DNA of 62,974 nt from Ignavibacteriota bacterium (GCA_003162695.1 PMML01000029.1:9613-72586), one strand, 5' to 3'. Positions 9,242-19,389 are shown, counted from the stretch's first letter. The notes: generated from the letters alone by a model not told the origin. Numbers and translations are program-made.

Positions 9242-11548
9242 TTAATGCCGGATAACCGCAACTTTTCCTGCAACAGCTTTATTATCCTGCGTAAAGGCAA
9301 CAATAATATAAATACCGCTTGGAACATAAGCTCCGCGGAAATTTTTTCCATCCCATACAGCCTGACCTCCGCCCTGAGCATCAAACTGTGTTACGAGAAT
9401 ACCGCTTACCGTCAATATTTTAATTGTACTATTGGGAGTAAGATTATGAATCGTGAGCAGATTACCGTTCGGTATTAAATAAGGATTCGGAAAAATTTTA
9501 AGCTTTGTATAGCTCGTTTGTGTCTGCACAACTCCGATCGTGAGCGAGGAAAGGCCGTTCTCTGTCCCAAAATATGCTATGCCTCTTGACGGATCCAGAG
9601 CAATCGATCGAACATCGTCATTTGCCAGCATCCCGCCCGTATTTTCGACTGAATACTGTTGTAAGAGCTCAGTCCCGTCGGCGCTCACCAAAAATGCCCC
9701 TTCCTTTGTTCCGACCCATTTTCTATTCATTGCATCCACTGCAATCGACTGCACCATCTGGCCGGTAAGAGCGTATGCAGTTGAAATACTGCCGCTCGGA
9801 TTAGAAGGATCGGAGATAATAGCCGCACCCAAACTCGTCCCCACCCAGAGACTTCCATCAAGATCCATAGCAAGTGAAAGAACAGCATTGCCGGGAAGCC
9901 CGTCGGAATTAGTGAGAACCCCCCAGCCATGGAATGTACCGGGAAGCGAATCTTTTTCGTTCAGATAATACAGGTTTTTTTCCTTGATATCGGATGGAAC
10001 AGAATTTGCCATCCATTTTGTATCGTATTGATCGATAACAAGATCGTGAAACCAAGCTGCCGAGGGATTTAAAGCATTAGGAAAATACAGAGCCGTTGAG
10101 TCGCCGGTAAGTTTGACAATGCTCTGTGACGAATATTCATCCCGGTTCGCGATCCAAGTGTTTCCCTCGTTGTCCACGGCAACTCCGCCTGTTACGACAT
10201 AGGTCGGGTTATCCGCTTTTGCGCCCGGCAAGCTCGGCTTTGAGTAATAGTTGTATTTCCGCTTGATTGTGTCAGATACAACTTCCACAACTCCATCTCC
10301 CCATGAACTCACCCATACCGTTCCGTTTGCCCCTATGGAAATCCAATAATAGTCGTTGAAAATCGAATTATAATGCATTAACCGCATGATGGGGTACATC
10401 GAGCTTGTAAAAATTTTCCACCTGTCCGTTTCGCTGCGGGAAAGGTCGAAGCGATAAAATCCTGTTCCGCCTCCGTTCGGCAGAGTGCCAACCCAGAGCA
10501 CACCGCTCGGATCAACTGCAAGGCTTGTCATGGTATTGGAATTCGGACCGTTGGGTACTATTGTATCCCATACCACTCCGTTTTTCTTTGAAATACCCGA
10601 AGCCGACGTTCCGACATAAACACCAGGTGAAACGACGAAATCGTTTACAGGAAGAGAAGAATTCGAGGCAATAGTTTGCACCGAAGATTGAAGCGACGCG
10701 AGAGAATCGATCTCAAAACCGGAGGAGACGGCGCAGAGCACATACAGACTTCGTTTATCTTCGGACACCCGGAATTTAACGATGTTCTTGCCGTTCAGAT
10801 TTCTTATGGGTTGAAATACATTATAGATAAATGCCGCGGCGCCGGATGAAGTTCCGACGATCACTGTATTATCATAGACAGCCAGAGCAGTAACCGACGG
10901 CGAAGAAAATAAATGGGAGAGGCTGTACGTCGTCCATTGATCGGACGCGGTAAGATACGGGAAAGTCAGCGAAGCCGATGCAATGCCCGAAGTCGTCCCG
11001 ACCCAGATACGCCCTCCCTGAACTGCAACTCTCGTTACTGTCGGTGAAGAGGAAAATCCGAAATTCGCATATGTATCGCGAAAACCCCATTCAGAAATCC
11101 GAAACACCGAAACACCGAACTGTGTAGCAACGAACATAGTATCGCCGCTCACAAAAAAATCCTGAATACTCTTTTGAGGTCTTATCGTCGGGTCGATATT
11201 TTTAATATCGCTGATTGTCGTCCACGAAACGCCGTTCTGGGCATACACGCCGATTGACCCGTCCGAACCGCCGACCCAGATACGCTGCGCGGTGTCGACG
11301 ACAATTGCAGTAAGAGTGTTGGAAGGGACTCCCTCGGAATTATTATATTGCATTATCGTTCCGCTTGAAGGCGTATAGCTGAAGACACCGCCGCCCGTTG
11401 CCGCCCAGATCGTGGAATTGGAAACCGTCAATGCCTGGACCGATTTCATACAAGTATAATTTTTCCACGTTTGTGCATGAAGAGAGAGGGATGCGCCCGG
11501 CAGAAAAAGGCAAAGAAGAATAGTCTGGAAGTTCTTTATTTTCTTCAC
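9242..11548 (-). CDS. PorZ-like secreted two-component-regulator-propeller protein with a C-terminal T9SS/FlgD-like Ig domain
   Basis: GTG start at 11548 after a GAGGTG RBS. Signal peptide ...SLHA-Q, repeated LAVDxxGxxWVGT propeller blades, and C-terminal KIFPNPY...WDGKN...SGIYII. Confidence 0.75.
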   Translation of the reverse strand: MKKIKNFQTILLCLFLPGASLSLHAQTWKNYTCMKSVQALTVSNSTIWAATGGGVFSYTPSSGTIMQYNNSEGVPSNTLTAIVVDTAQRIWVGGSDGSIGVYAQNGVSWTTISDIKNIDPTIRPQKSIQDFFVSGDTMFVATQFGVSVFRISEWGFRDTYANFGFSSSPTVTRVAVQGGRIWVGTTSGIASASLTFPYLTASDQWTTYSLSHLFSSPSVTALAVYDNTVIVGTSSGAAAFIYNVFQPIRNLNGKNIVKFRVSEDKRSLYVLCAVSSGFEIDSLASLQSSVQTIASNSSLPVNDFVVSPGVYVGTSASGISKKNGVVWDTIVPNGPNSNTMTSLAVDPSGVLWVGTLPNGGGTGFYRFDLSRSETDRWKIFTSSMYPIMRLMHYNSIFNDYYWISIGANGTVWVSSWGDGVVEVVSDTIKRKYNYYSKPSLPGAKADNPTYVVTGGVAVDNEGNTWIANRDEYSSQSIVKLTGDSTALYFPNALNPSAAWFHDLVIDQYDTKWMANSVPSDIKEKNLYYLNEKDSLPGTFHGWGVLTNSDGLPGNAVLSLAMDLDGSLWVGTSLGAAIISDPSNPSGSISTAYALTGQMVQSIAVDAMNRKWVGTKEGAFLVSADGTELLQQYSVENTGGMLANDDVRSIALDPSRGIAYFGTENGLSSLTIGVVQTQTSYTKLKIFPNPYLIPNGNLLTIHNLTPNSTIKILTVSGILVTQFDAQGGGQAVWDGKNFRGAYVPSGIYIIVAFTQDNKAVAGKVAVIRH

Positions 11549-11550
11549 GT

Positions 11551-12039
11551 TCACCTCTTGATTACAGATGATCGAAACAGGTCTGCCATTTTTAATGCAG
11601 TCAAGGCTGCATCCCACCCCTTATGGCCATGCTTCCCTCCCAGCCGGTCCAGCGCCTGTTTTATAGTATCCGTAGTTAAAACACCGAAAACCACAGGTAA
11701 TGACCGGCGGAGAGAAACTTGTTGAATGCCCATGGCCGTTGCAGAAGAAACATATTCAAAATGCGGCGTTTCTCCCCGTACGACTGCGCCAAGACAGACG
11801 ATAGCATCCGGTTTCTTTTGTGCTGCGAGCCGGTTCGCGACCTGCGGCAATTCAAACGCGCCGGGACAAGAGACAACTTCCCAATGATCTCGCGGAACGC
11901 TGTGAGACCGGAGACAATCTTCCGCCCCTTCGAGCAGTTTTGCCGTGAGATTTTCATGAAACCTGCTGACAACAATTATAAACCGAAATTTGGAAGCGTC
12001 GCATGAGTATATTTCTTTTTTTCGTTTTTTAGAATTCAT
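11551..12039 (-). CDS. ribH: 6,7-dimethyl-8-ribityllumazine synthase
   Basis: IVVSRFHE, PGAFELP, GAVVRGETPHFEYV and VFGVLTT motifs. Confidence 0.95.
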   Translation of the reverse strand: MNSKKRKKEIYSCDASKFRFIIVVSRFHENLTAKLLEGAEDCLRSHSVPRDHWEVVSCPGAFELPQVANRLAAQKKPDAIVCLGAVVRGETPHFEYVSSATAMGIQQVSLRRSLPVVFGVLTTDTIKQALDRLGGKHGHKGWDAALTALKMADLFRSSVIKR

Positions 12040-12042
12040 AAC

Positions 12043-12942
12043 TTACCGCTCAAAAAGTCTTTTGCGCATCTCTTCCACAATGCGCGATGAAACGGTAAAA
12101 AGTCCAAGCTGTTCGTCATCGTTCTTCTTCCCTCCATGATAATCCGATCCGCCGCTTTCCAGCAGAAAATATTGACTGCTTAAGTTCCTGTAAGCAATGG
12201 TCTGTGCTTCTGAATGCGAAGGATGGACAACCTCTATTCCATCGAGCCCGTATCCCATCAATTCTCTCACAACTTCATCCGTGGCATATTTTCCCGGATG
12301 AGCAATAAACGATAGACCGCCGGCAGAGGAAATCAATTCAATTGCGGCGGACGGGGAAAGGTAATATTTTTCAGCGTATGCAGGAGCATGGCTTCCGAGA
12401 TATCGCGCAAAAGCAGCTTGATACGAACCGACCAGCCCTTCATCCACCATTGCATTGGCAATATGCGGACGGCCGACTGCACCGCTGCCGGTTTGTTTTA
12501 AAACGGCTTCCATGGTCAGCGGTACATTGAGTATATTCAATTTTTTCACAATACCCTCTGCCCGCCGGAGTCTGGCATCCCGAAACACTTCAAGATGTTC
12601 TCTTAGTACACGGCTGGAAGTATCTATAAAATAGCCGAGAACGTGAATTTCATGACCATTCAACATCGAACTTAATTCTACAGCGGGAACGACTTCCATT
12701 CCGATTCCGCGGGCATAATCGGCTGCTTCTTCAATACCGCCGACATGATCATGGTCGGCAAGGGCGATCGTGGTTATCCCTTTCGCATGACATTTGTCGA
12801 CAACAATACGGGGGCTGTGCACTCCGTCGGAATAATAAGAATGGAGATGAAGATCTGCTCTTGCAGCTGTATCGACGGGTGAGAGGCTTTCCCTCCCATT
12901 CTCTATGCTCTGCATTTCATAGTACACGTTTTGGTTCTTCAC
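12043..12942 (-). CDS. PHP domain metal-dependent phosphoesterase (TrpH-like)
   Basis: DLHLHSYYSDG, DHD, GRPH, AHP and GGSDYHG motifs. Confidence 0.9.
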   Translation of the reverse strand: MKNQNVYYEMQSIENGRESLSPVDTAARADLHLHSYYSDGVHSPRIVVDKCHAKGITTIALADHDHVGGIEEAADYARGIGMEVVPAVELSSMLNGHEIHVLGYFIDTSSRVLREHLEVFRDARLRRAEGIVKKLNILNVPLTMEAVLKQTGSGAVGRPHIANAMVDEGLVGSYQAAFARYLGSHAPAYAEKYYLSPSAAIELISSAGGLSFIAHPGKYATDEVVRELMGYGLDGIEVVHPSHSEAQTIAYRNLSSQYFLLESGGSDYHGGKKNDDEQLGLFTVSSRIVEEMRKRLFER

Positions 12943-12981
12943 TTCAACTATACATCACACAAAAAAACCGCTTCAGAAACA

Positions 12982-13668
12982 TCAAACGTGTTCCTTGCGA
13001 AACGCATCATAATCATTGATCGTAATCTTGCTTCCGTCAAGTTGAATCTGTCCCTTTTCCACGAACATATTCAGCATGCGGGAAACCGTTTCCCTGGATG
13101 TTCCAGCCATGTTGGCAATATCCTGCTGCAGCGGCAAATCTTCTATTTCCACTTTTCCTTTGCGGAAGATACCGATATCGTCCGCAAGCATAAGGACGAC
13201 ATTTGCAACGCGTCCCGCAGCATCTTTTAACGAAAGACTTTTAATCTGCATATCCGCTTTGCGCAAGCGCATAGCTAATTCAGCCAGCAATGATATGGCA
13301 ACAGATGGGAATTCATGAAGCAGTTCTAAAAAATCTCTTCGGTGAATCATAAGCAGTTCCGATTTTTCCGTGGCAATGACGCTTGCCGATCGCGCCATTC
13401 CGTCCAGGAGAGACATTTCGCCGAAGAATTCTCCCGGTCCAAAGATCGAAAGTATGACTTCGCGGCCGTCTTCATCCATGCGAACGATCTTCACCTTCCC
13501 GGAGACGATGATAAAAAGAGCCGCTCCGCTTTCCTGCTCGATGACGACAACATTCCCTTTTTTATATTTCTGTCGAACGCCTAACTTAGCGATTTTCTCC
13601 AATTCTCGTTCCTCGAGTTCGGCAAAAATCGGAACATTGCGCAAAACATTTATTTCTTCTTTGTCCAT
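12982..13668 (-). CDS. Crp/Fnr family transcriptional regulator (cNMP-binding)
   Basis: FFGEMSLL...RSAS cNMP-binding motifs; HTH QQDIANMAGTSRETVSR. Confidence 0.93.
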   Translation of the reverse strand: MDKEEINVLRNVPIFAELEERELEKIAKLGVRQKYKKGNVVVIEQESGAALFIIVSGKVKIVRMDEDGREVILSIFGPGEFFGEMSLLDGMARSASVIATEKSELLMIHRRDFLELLHEFPSVAISLLAELAMRLRKADMQIKSLSLKDAAGRVANVVLMLADDIGIFRKGKVEIEDLPLQQDIANMAGTSRETVSRMLNMFVEKGQIQLDGSKITINDYDAFRKEHV

Positions 13669-13725
13669 AATATAATGTGTGCCGTCTTTTTGTATTTAAA
13701 TTCACCTTTACCGACCGATCATTCA

Positions 13726-13754
13726 AATATATCGGCTCATGTATTGAGAATCAA
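13726..13754 (-). promoter_or_regulatory. Sigma70-like promoter of the crp-PHP-ribH unit
   Basis: Minus strand TTGATT-N17-TATATT. Confidence 0.55.
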
Positions 13755-13994
13755 GGAGATTGTTCAGACTCCTTTTCCTTTTGCAGGTTTCGTCTTCATC
13801 TCGTCAATCACTGCAGCCTGATCCGGTCTTCCTTGCTTAAAATTGCCAAGAGAAAAAGAAGCAAATCTCCGAAAAAAGCGGCCAAAAACAGGTGTGTTAA
13901 CAGGGGTTTTCCATCACTTTCGATTCCGGCCGGCCTTCAAGCTTCTCGCAAAATGATTTTTCAGGCAACCCGGGCTCGTTTATCTGCGGTTGTT

Positions 13995-14020
13995 AAAAAA
14001 GAACATCAGTGTAGGTTCTT
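13995..14020 (-). terminator. Possible intrinsic terminator downstream of ptsI
   Basis: Minus strand AAGAAC-loop-GTTCTT followed by a T-tract. Confidence 0.4.
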
Positions 14021-14135
14021 CCGAAGGATATGAGCGGAGCAGACCGCCGCCGCTAGCCGGCCCGCCAAAACCGGTAAGGATGTCCTTGCGCATATCTTTC
14101 GCAAAAAAACGGGAATACAGCATAAGAATATTCTC

Positions 14136-15893
14136 TTACCCGATAGGAATATCGGGGAATTTATTTTTCATGAGACGTTTAAGAAATCCTTTGATCTCAT
14201 CTTCGGACTTCATTTCCAACACACTCTCGGCTACATGCTTTGCTTCCGTAAAGTGAATGGATCGAATAATTTTCTTGATCTCCGGCAGAACGGCCGGTGC
14301 GACACTGAACTCGTCGAGTCCGAGTCCGACCAGGAGGATCGTTGCCAGGGGATCGCTCGCCATCTGGCCGCACATCCCCACCCAGACATGCCCCTGCGAT
14401 CCCCTTTCGATAATGCGGCGGAGAAAACGGATGACAGCAGGATGGAATTCCTGAAACAGATCTGAGACGATATCGTTGCCGCGGTCGACTGCCAGCAAAT
14501 ATTGAATCAAATCGTTCGTCCCGATACTGAGGAAGCTCACTTCCCGCGCAAGATGATCCGCAATTATTGCAGCGGCCGGAACCTCGATCATCGCGCCAAG
14601 ACGCAAATGCTCGTCAAAGGGTATTTTTTGGGCGCGTAAATCGTCTTTTGCCTGGTCGACGAGCTGTTTTGCGAGTTTAACTTCTTTAATGCTCGAGATC
14701 ATAGGAAACATAACCAGAAGATTTTTCAAACTGCTCGCACGCAGGATTGCACGAAGTTGATCTAAAAAAATCTGCGGCTTATCGAGCATAATGCGAATGC
14801 CGCGCCAGCCGAGAAACGGATTGTTTTCCCGGACGCTTTGCGCCATAAACTTGTCGCCTCCGATGTCGAATGTCCGGATAACCGCCTGCTTTGGATACAG
14901 CGATTCCGCAATCCTCCGGTACTGTTCGTACTGTTCCTGTTCGGAAGGAAAGACTTCTTTGCCCAGCAGAAGACTTTCCGTTCGATACAAACCTATTCCA
15001 TCCGCTCCCTGCATTTTTATGAATTCAAGCTCCTGTTCGAGCTCGACATTCGCCGCAAGCTGGACACGATGTCCGTCGAGGGTTTCGGCAGGCTGATCCC
15101 GCAGCGGCGCCAGTGTCTCTTCGAACCGTTCATATTCCAGCCGTTTCTTTTCGAAATGTTTGAGTGTCTCTTTCGACGGGTTCAGCACAACAATGCCGTT
15201 AAAGCCGTCGACAATAATAATATCTTCCGCCTGCACCATGGCATCGATCTGGTGTACGCCGACGACTGCGGGAATTTTCAACGCACGGGCAAGAAGAGCC
15301 ATATGCGATGTTGCCCCGCCGAGTTCCGTTACATACCCCAGCACATCATTCCGGCTGAAAATGAGGGCGTCGGCAGCGGCAAGATTATGAGAAACGATCA
15401 CATTGGAACCGTCGATCTTTGAAATTAATTTTTGTTCTTCCAGGTTGCGCAGCACGCGGTTGCATACATCCTGAACATCGTTGACACGTTCTCGCGCATA
15501 TTCATCTGTGGATGCCGCCATCAACCGGCTGTATTTTTCGATCTCGTCTTTCATGAGATGTTCCGCATTTTTCTTTTCCGTGCGGATTCGGCTGAAGACA
15601 GCATCGAAAAGGACGTTATCTTCGAGGATCATTTTTTGCGCTTCAAAAATTTTACATTGTTCCTCACCGAGCTTCTGTTCTGCAAACTCGAATACTTTTT
15701 GCAGTTCTTTTTGCGAGCGGGCACGGGCAGTCGAAAGGCGTTCGATCTCCTTTTCTACTTCATCGTCCGCAATAGCACGTACAAAGATCAGCGGCTCATG
15801 TTTCCGGAAATGATACACGGGACCGATGACAATCCCCGGAGACGCCGGTATGCCTTTAAATCGTATTTCTTTTTTTGTCAGTTCTTGCTCCAT
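14136..15893 (-). CDS. ptsI: Phosphoenolpyruvate-protein phosphotransferase (PTS enzyme I)
   Basis: GGATSHMA (phospho-His), GIGLYRTE, RTFDIGGDK, SIGTNDLIQY and GMCGQMA motifs. Confidence 0.96.
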   Translation of the reverse strand: MEQELTKKEIRFKGIPASPGIVIGPVYHFRKHEPLIFVRAIADDEVEKEIERLSTARARSQKELQKVFEFAEQKLGEEQCKIFEAQKMILEDNVLFDAVFSRIRTEKKNAEHLMKDEIEKYSRLMAASTDEYARERVNDVQDVCNRVLRNLEEQKLISKIDGSNVIVSHNLAAADALIFSRNDVLGYVTELGGATSHMALLARALKIPAVVGVHQIDAMVQAEDIIIVDGFNGIVVLNPSKETLKHFEKKRLEYERFEETLAPLRDQPAETLDGHRVQLAANVELEQELEFIKMQGADGIGLYRTESLLLGKEVFPSEQEQYEQYRRIAESLYPKQAVIRTFDIGGDKFMAQSVRENNPFLGWRGIRIMLDKPQIFLDQLRAILRASSLKNLLVMFPMISSIKEVKLAKQLVDQAKDDLRAQKIPFDEHLRLGAMIEVPAAAIIADHLAREVSFLSIGTNDLIQYLLAVDRGNDIVSDLFQEFHPAVIRFLRRIIERGSQGHVWVGMCGQMASDPLATILLVGLGLDEFSVAPAVLPEIKKIIRSIHFTEAKHVAESVLEMKSEDEIKGFLKRLMKNKFPDIPIG

Positions 15894-15922
15894 GTCCTAC
15901 CTCCGGTTCCGCCTCGCTTCCA

Positions 15923-16195
15923 TTATTCCACCGGCTCCCCGAAACCGCTCTGAAAGAGTTCTACCATTGCACGGCATGATTCGGTCTCATCCGGACCGTC
16001 GAATTTGAGAAGAAGCTTTGCTCCTTGTTCGGCCGCCAATGTCATAACGCCGATAATACTTTTTCCGTTTATCTCCATGTTTTCTTTTTCAATATAGAAT
16101 TCGGATTTAAACTTTGCCGCAAGCTTTACGATTGCCGCTGCAGGGCGGGTATGCATACCTGCCCGATTAAGAATTATTACTTCCTGTTGAACCAT
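15923..16195 (-). CDS. ptsH: Phosphocarrier protein HPr
   Basis: GMHTRPAA (His15) and NGKSIIGVMTL (Ser46); start set at the ATG at 16195. Confidence 0.94.
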   Translation of the reverse strand: MVQQEVIILNRAGMHTRPAAAIVKLAAKFKSEFYIEKENMEINGKSIIGVMTLAAEQGAKLLLKFDGPDETESCRAMVELFQSGFGEPVE

Positions 16196-16206
16196 TCTGT
16201 TGATCC

Positions 16207-17196
16207 TCAATACTTCCGGTTCAACATTTTATCGGCAAACCAGAGCAGAGTTTTCTGGGCTTGGTTGGACGGCAAACCAGCAAGCTCTTCCTTTGCCGCA
16301 TGAAGATCGTTTTCAATTTGTGCGCGGGCAGAAGAAATTGCGCCGGTTTCCTCATAGATACGCCGAAATTCAGCCACCCGGCTCCGGGCAACTTTTCGCT
16401 TATGAAAAACATCTTCAAGAGCCTTCTTTTGCTTTCCCTTTGCGCGGCGAAGCGCTTCCAGCAGCAAGTATGTTTTCTTACCCTCCTGCAAATCGCCGCC
16501 GATCACTTTTCCGAACTCCTTCTCATCGGCAATAATGTCCAGCAAATCGTCCTGAACCTGAAAAGCCCGGCCTACATAGAACCCATACCGCCGCATCGCT
16601 TGAACCTGCACCGCCGTTCCGCTGCCGATCATAGCGCCGATTTCCGTAGAGACTGAAACCAGCCTACCAGTTTTCTTTTCAATCATGCAGAGGTAATCGT
16701 TTACGTGAACGCGGTTCCGCGTTTCAAATTCTTTATCCATGGCCTGACCTTCGCAAACGGTGATCATCCCGTCGGTAAACACCTTGAGAATCTCCTGTAT
16801 CCGGGACGATTTCGTGGCCAGCAGTTCCCGGTAGGCAATCCCCAGCAGTATATCGCCGGTCAGAAGAGCAACGCTTTCATCCCATTTTGTATGAACAGTC
16901 GAACGCCCCCGTCGTGCAGGAGCATGATCCATGATATCGTCATGAACCAGGGTAAACGTATGCAGTATTTCTATCGCCGCACTTGCCGGCAGCGCATCTT
17001 CCATCGCACCGCCGACTGCCTCGCAGGCCAAGAGGGCAAGAACGGGACGAATACGCTTTCCGCCGGCGGAAAGAATATACTTGCACGGCATATAGAGTGA
17101 ACGGGGATGAGCAATCGCCACATGATTGCGGAGATAGCGTTCAACTGATTTTTTATGATATTCGTACCGATATTCCGGAGTCAAGGACATAGTCAT
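16207..17196 (-). CDS. Polyprenyl diphosphate synthase (IspA/IdsA-like)
   Basis: GGKRIRP, FTLVHDDIMD...RRG (FARM), EKKTG and FQVQDDLLD (SARM). The start was trimmed to 17196, just after the fni stop. Confidence 0.92.
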   Translation of the reverse strand: MTMSLTPEYRYEYHKKSVERYLRNHVAIAHPRSLYMPCKYILSAGGKRIRPVLALLACEAVGGAMEDALPASAAIEILHTFTLVHDDIMDHAPARRGRSTVHTKWDESVALLTGDILLGIAYRELLATKSSRIQEILKVFTDGMITVCEGQAMDKEFETRNRVHVNDYLCMIEKKTGRLVSVSTEIGAMIGSGTAVQVQAMRRYGFYVGRAFQVQDDLLDIIADEKEFGKVIGGDLQEGKKTYLLLEALRRAKGKQKKALEDVFHKRKVARSRVAEFRRIYEETGAISSARAQIENDLHAAKEELAGLPSNQAQKTLLWFADKMLNRKY

Positions 17197-17198
17197 TT

Positions 17199-18251
17199 TT
17201 ATCGAGAAACCAGCAATTGTTGTTGAAGTTGAAAAATCGTTTGAGACCCGGTTAAGAACATCGCCCCCCGGAATTCCCGTTCCCATTGTTTTATGAATTG
17301 ATCCAATCCCCTCTTCCCTCCGACGGCCCAGGCTTTCAAAACCGGACGCGCAATGCCGGCATAGTCGGCGCCGAATGCGATAGACTTGGCGGCATCGAGA
17401 CCGGATGAAATTCCGCCGGAAGAAATAATTTTCATCAAAGGATACTCGCTTCGCAATTGTGCAGCATCGTGCAATGCCTCGGCTGTCGGAATTCCCCAAT
17501 CCCAAAAAGCCCGCGACAGCGATTCACTTTCAGCCGCGGATGCGGATTTCCTGCGCATAATTTCAATTCCTGCCCAACTCGTCCCCCCTGCGCCGGCAAC
17601 ATCAATGATGGAGACGCCGGTTTCCAGCAGGCGGCGTGCAACTGCGCCGGAAATTCCGGCGCCGATTTCTTTGACAAGAATCGGAATCGGCAAACCTTTG
17701 ACAAGCCGTTCGATGCCTTTTAAAACACCGGCAAAATTTGTGTTCCCTTCCGGTTGAAGAAATTCCTGCAAAGGATTCAAGTGCACGGCAAACCCGTCGG
17801 CGCCGATCAAGTCCGCAAGACGCTGGAATGGAGCAAGTTCCTTCATACGGGCAACTTCTGCTGCGCCGATATTGCCGAAAAGAGGAATATCTTTCGAGAT
17901 TTCGCGTACAACGGAAAAAGAACGCGCGAACATCTCATTGTCTAATACCTGGCGTTGACTCCCTACACCCATCGCTAATCGTTTCTCCGCACAAAATTCT
18001 GCCAGATGACGATTGATCGTCAACGCTTCCCCGTAACCTCCCGTCATGCTGGCGATTATAAATGGAAGAGCTGTTTTCTTGCCGAGAAAAATCGTTTCGG
18101 TATCGATATCGCTCTCGTTGCACTCCGGCAGGGCGTTATGCTGAAAATCCCACCGTTCGAATCCTGTTGTCTTGCCCTTGAAAGCAACGTTTTTTTTAAT
18201 CGCCAGAGCTACGTGCTCTTTCTTGCGGGATGATGTTCGCGTAGTTTTCAT
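17199..18251 (-). CDS. fni: Type 2 isopentenyl-diphosphate delta-isomerase
   Basis: RKKEH, IIASMTGG, GVGSQR, HLNPLQEFLQPEG, VKEIGAG and GAGGTSW motifs; start trimmed to MKTT at 18251. Confidence 0.95.
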   Translation of the reverse strand: MKTTRTSSRKKEHVALAIKKNVAFKGKTTGFERWDFQHNALPECNESDIDTETIFLGKKTALPFIIASMTGGYGEALTINRHLAEFCAEKRLAMGVGSQRQVLDNEMFARSFSVVREISKDIPLFGNIGAAEVARMKELAPFQRLADLIGADGFAVHLNPLQEFLQPEGNTNFAGVLKGIERLVKGLPIPILVKEIGAGISGAVARRLLETGVSIIDVAGAGGTSWAGIEIMRRKSASAAESESLSRAFWDWGIPTAEALHDAAQLRSEYPLMKIISSGGISSGLDAAKSIAFGADYAGIARPVLKAWAVGGKRGLDQFIKQWEREFRGAMFLTGSQTIFQLQQQLLVSR

Positions 18252-18346
18252 AAATGGTATCACAAATATAATAAACAAATGACTTTGGAGAAGCAAGATT
18301 ACACCGTGCTCTATCGGAGGATTAATGCATGGAAAGGATTTCTGCA

Positions 18347-18375
18347 TTGTTTGTCTTGAGATTGTTATGTATCTT
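18347..18375 (+). promoter_or_regulatory. Sigma70-like promoter of the nucleotidyltransferase-metK-ahcY unit
   Basis: TTGTTT-N17-TATCTT. Confidence 0.5.
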
Positions 18376-18414
18376 TCAAAGAAAAATGGGGTACTAAAAC
18401 AGAGAAACGATAAA

Positions 18415-19389
18415 ATGAGAGCCATTATCCCCGTTGCTGGCGTGGGGAGCCGTCTGCGCCCGCACACATATACGATTCCCAAAGTCCTGCTGAATGTCGC
18501 AGGTAAACCGATCATCAGTCATATTCTCGATACTATTATAGATGCGGGTTTTGACGAAGCAACGATTATCATCGGATATCTCGGGGAAATGATCAAAGAG
18601 TACGTTCTCGATACATACAAAATTAAGATCGATTTTGTAGAACAGGAAGAACGGCTTGGACTCGGCCATGCGATATATATTTCACGTCATACATTCTCCA
18701 GCGACCCGATCCTGATCATCCTCGGAGACACCGTCTTCGATGTCGATCTGAAGGGCATGATTCAAAGTAATTTTTCTGAAATCGGAGTGAAATCAGTCGA
18801 AGACCCCCGGCGTTTCGGCGTCGCGGAAACTGTCAATGGATTCATCGCGCGCATGGTGGAAAAACCGGAAACGCCCAGGAGCAACCAGGCGATCGTCGGA
18901 CTCTACTATATTAAGCATCCGCAATTACTTGTCGAATGTTTAAGAGACATGATCGAAAACGGTGTACGAACGAAAGGCGAATACCAGCTGACCGACGCAC
19001 TGCAGATGATGATCGACCGGAATGAAAAAATGCGCGCATTCCCCATCGACGGGTGGTACGACTGCGGCAAACCGGAAACACTCCTTTCAACCAACCGCTA
19101 TTTATTATCAAAACAGCCCCAGCCGGAACAGGCAGACGGTATCGTGGTTAAAGCGCCGGCATTTATCTCCTCGAAAGCCAAGATTACGAACGCCATTATC
19201 GGACCGTTCGCTACCATTGCAGACGGTGCGAGCGTATGCAACGCCATCATACGCAATTCCATCGTCAGCGAAGGAGCGACCGTCGAGAATGCACTCATCG
19301 AAGATTCCATTATTGGAAGCAATGCAGTCGTTCGTGGAAATTATAAAAAAATCAATATCGGGGATTCCTCGGAATTGGAATTCTCATAA
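18415..19389 (+). CDS. Sugar-phosphate nucleotidyltransferase (RmlA/GlmU-like, with a C-terminal LbH region)
   Basis: MRAIIPVAGVGSRLRPHT..PK, LGLGHA, ILGDT, EKP, GEYQLTD and WYDCG motifs. Confidence 0.9.
   Translation: MRAIIPVAGVGSRLRPHTYTIPKVLLNVAGKPIISHILDTIIDAGFDEATIIIGYLGEMIKEYVLDTYKIKIDFVEQEERLGLGHAIYISRHTFSSDPILIILGDTVFDVDLKGMIQSNFSEIGVKSVEDPRRFGVAETVNGFIARMVEKPETPRSNQAIVGLYYIKHPQLLVECLRDMIENGVRTKGEYQLTDALQMMIDRNEKMRAFPIDGWYDCGKPETLLSTNRYLLSKQPQPEQADGIVVKAPAFISSKAKITNAIIGPFATIADGASVCNAIIRNSIVSEGATVENALIEDSIIGSNAVVRGNYKKINIGDSSELEFS

Noticed and set aside
16207-18515. Extended N-termini of the polyprenyl synthase (to 17505) and fni (to 18515)
   Set aside because: The extensions overlap the neighbouring gene or the divergent promoter; family homology begins at 17196 and 18251.
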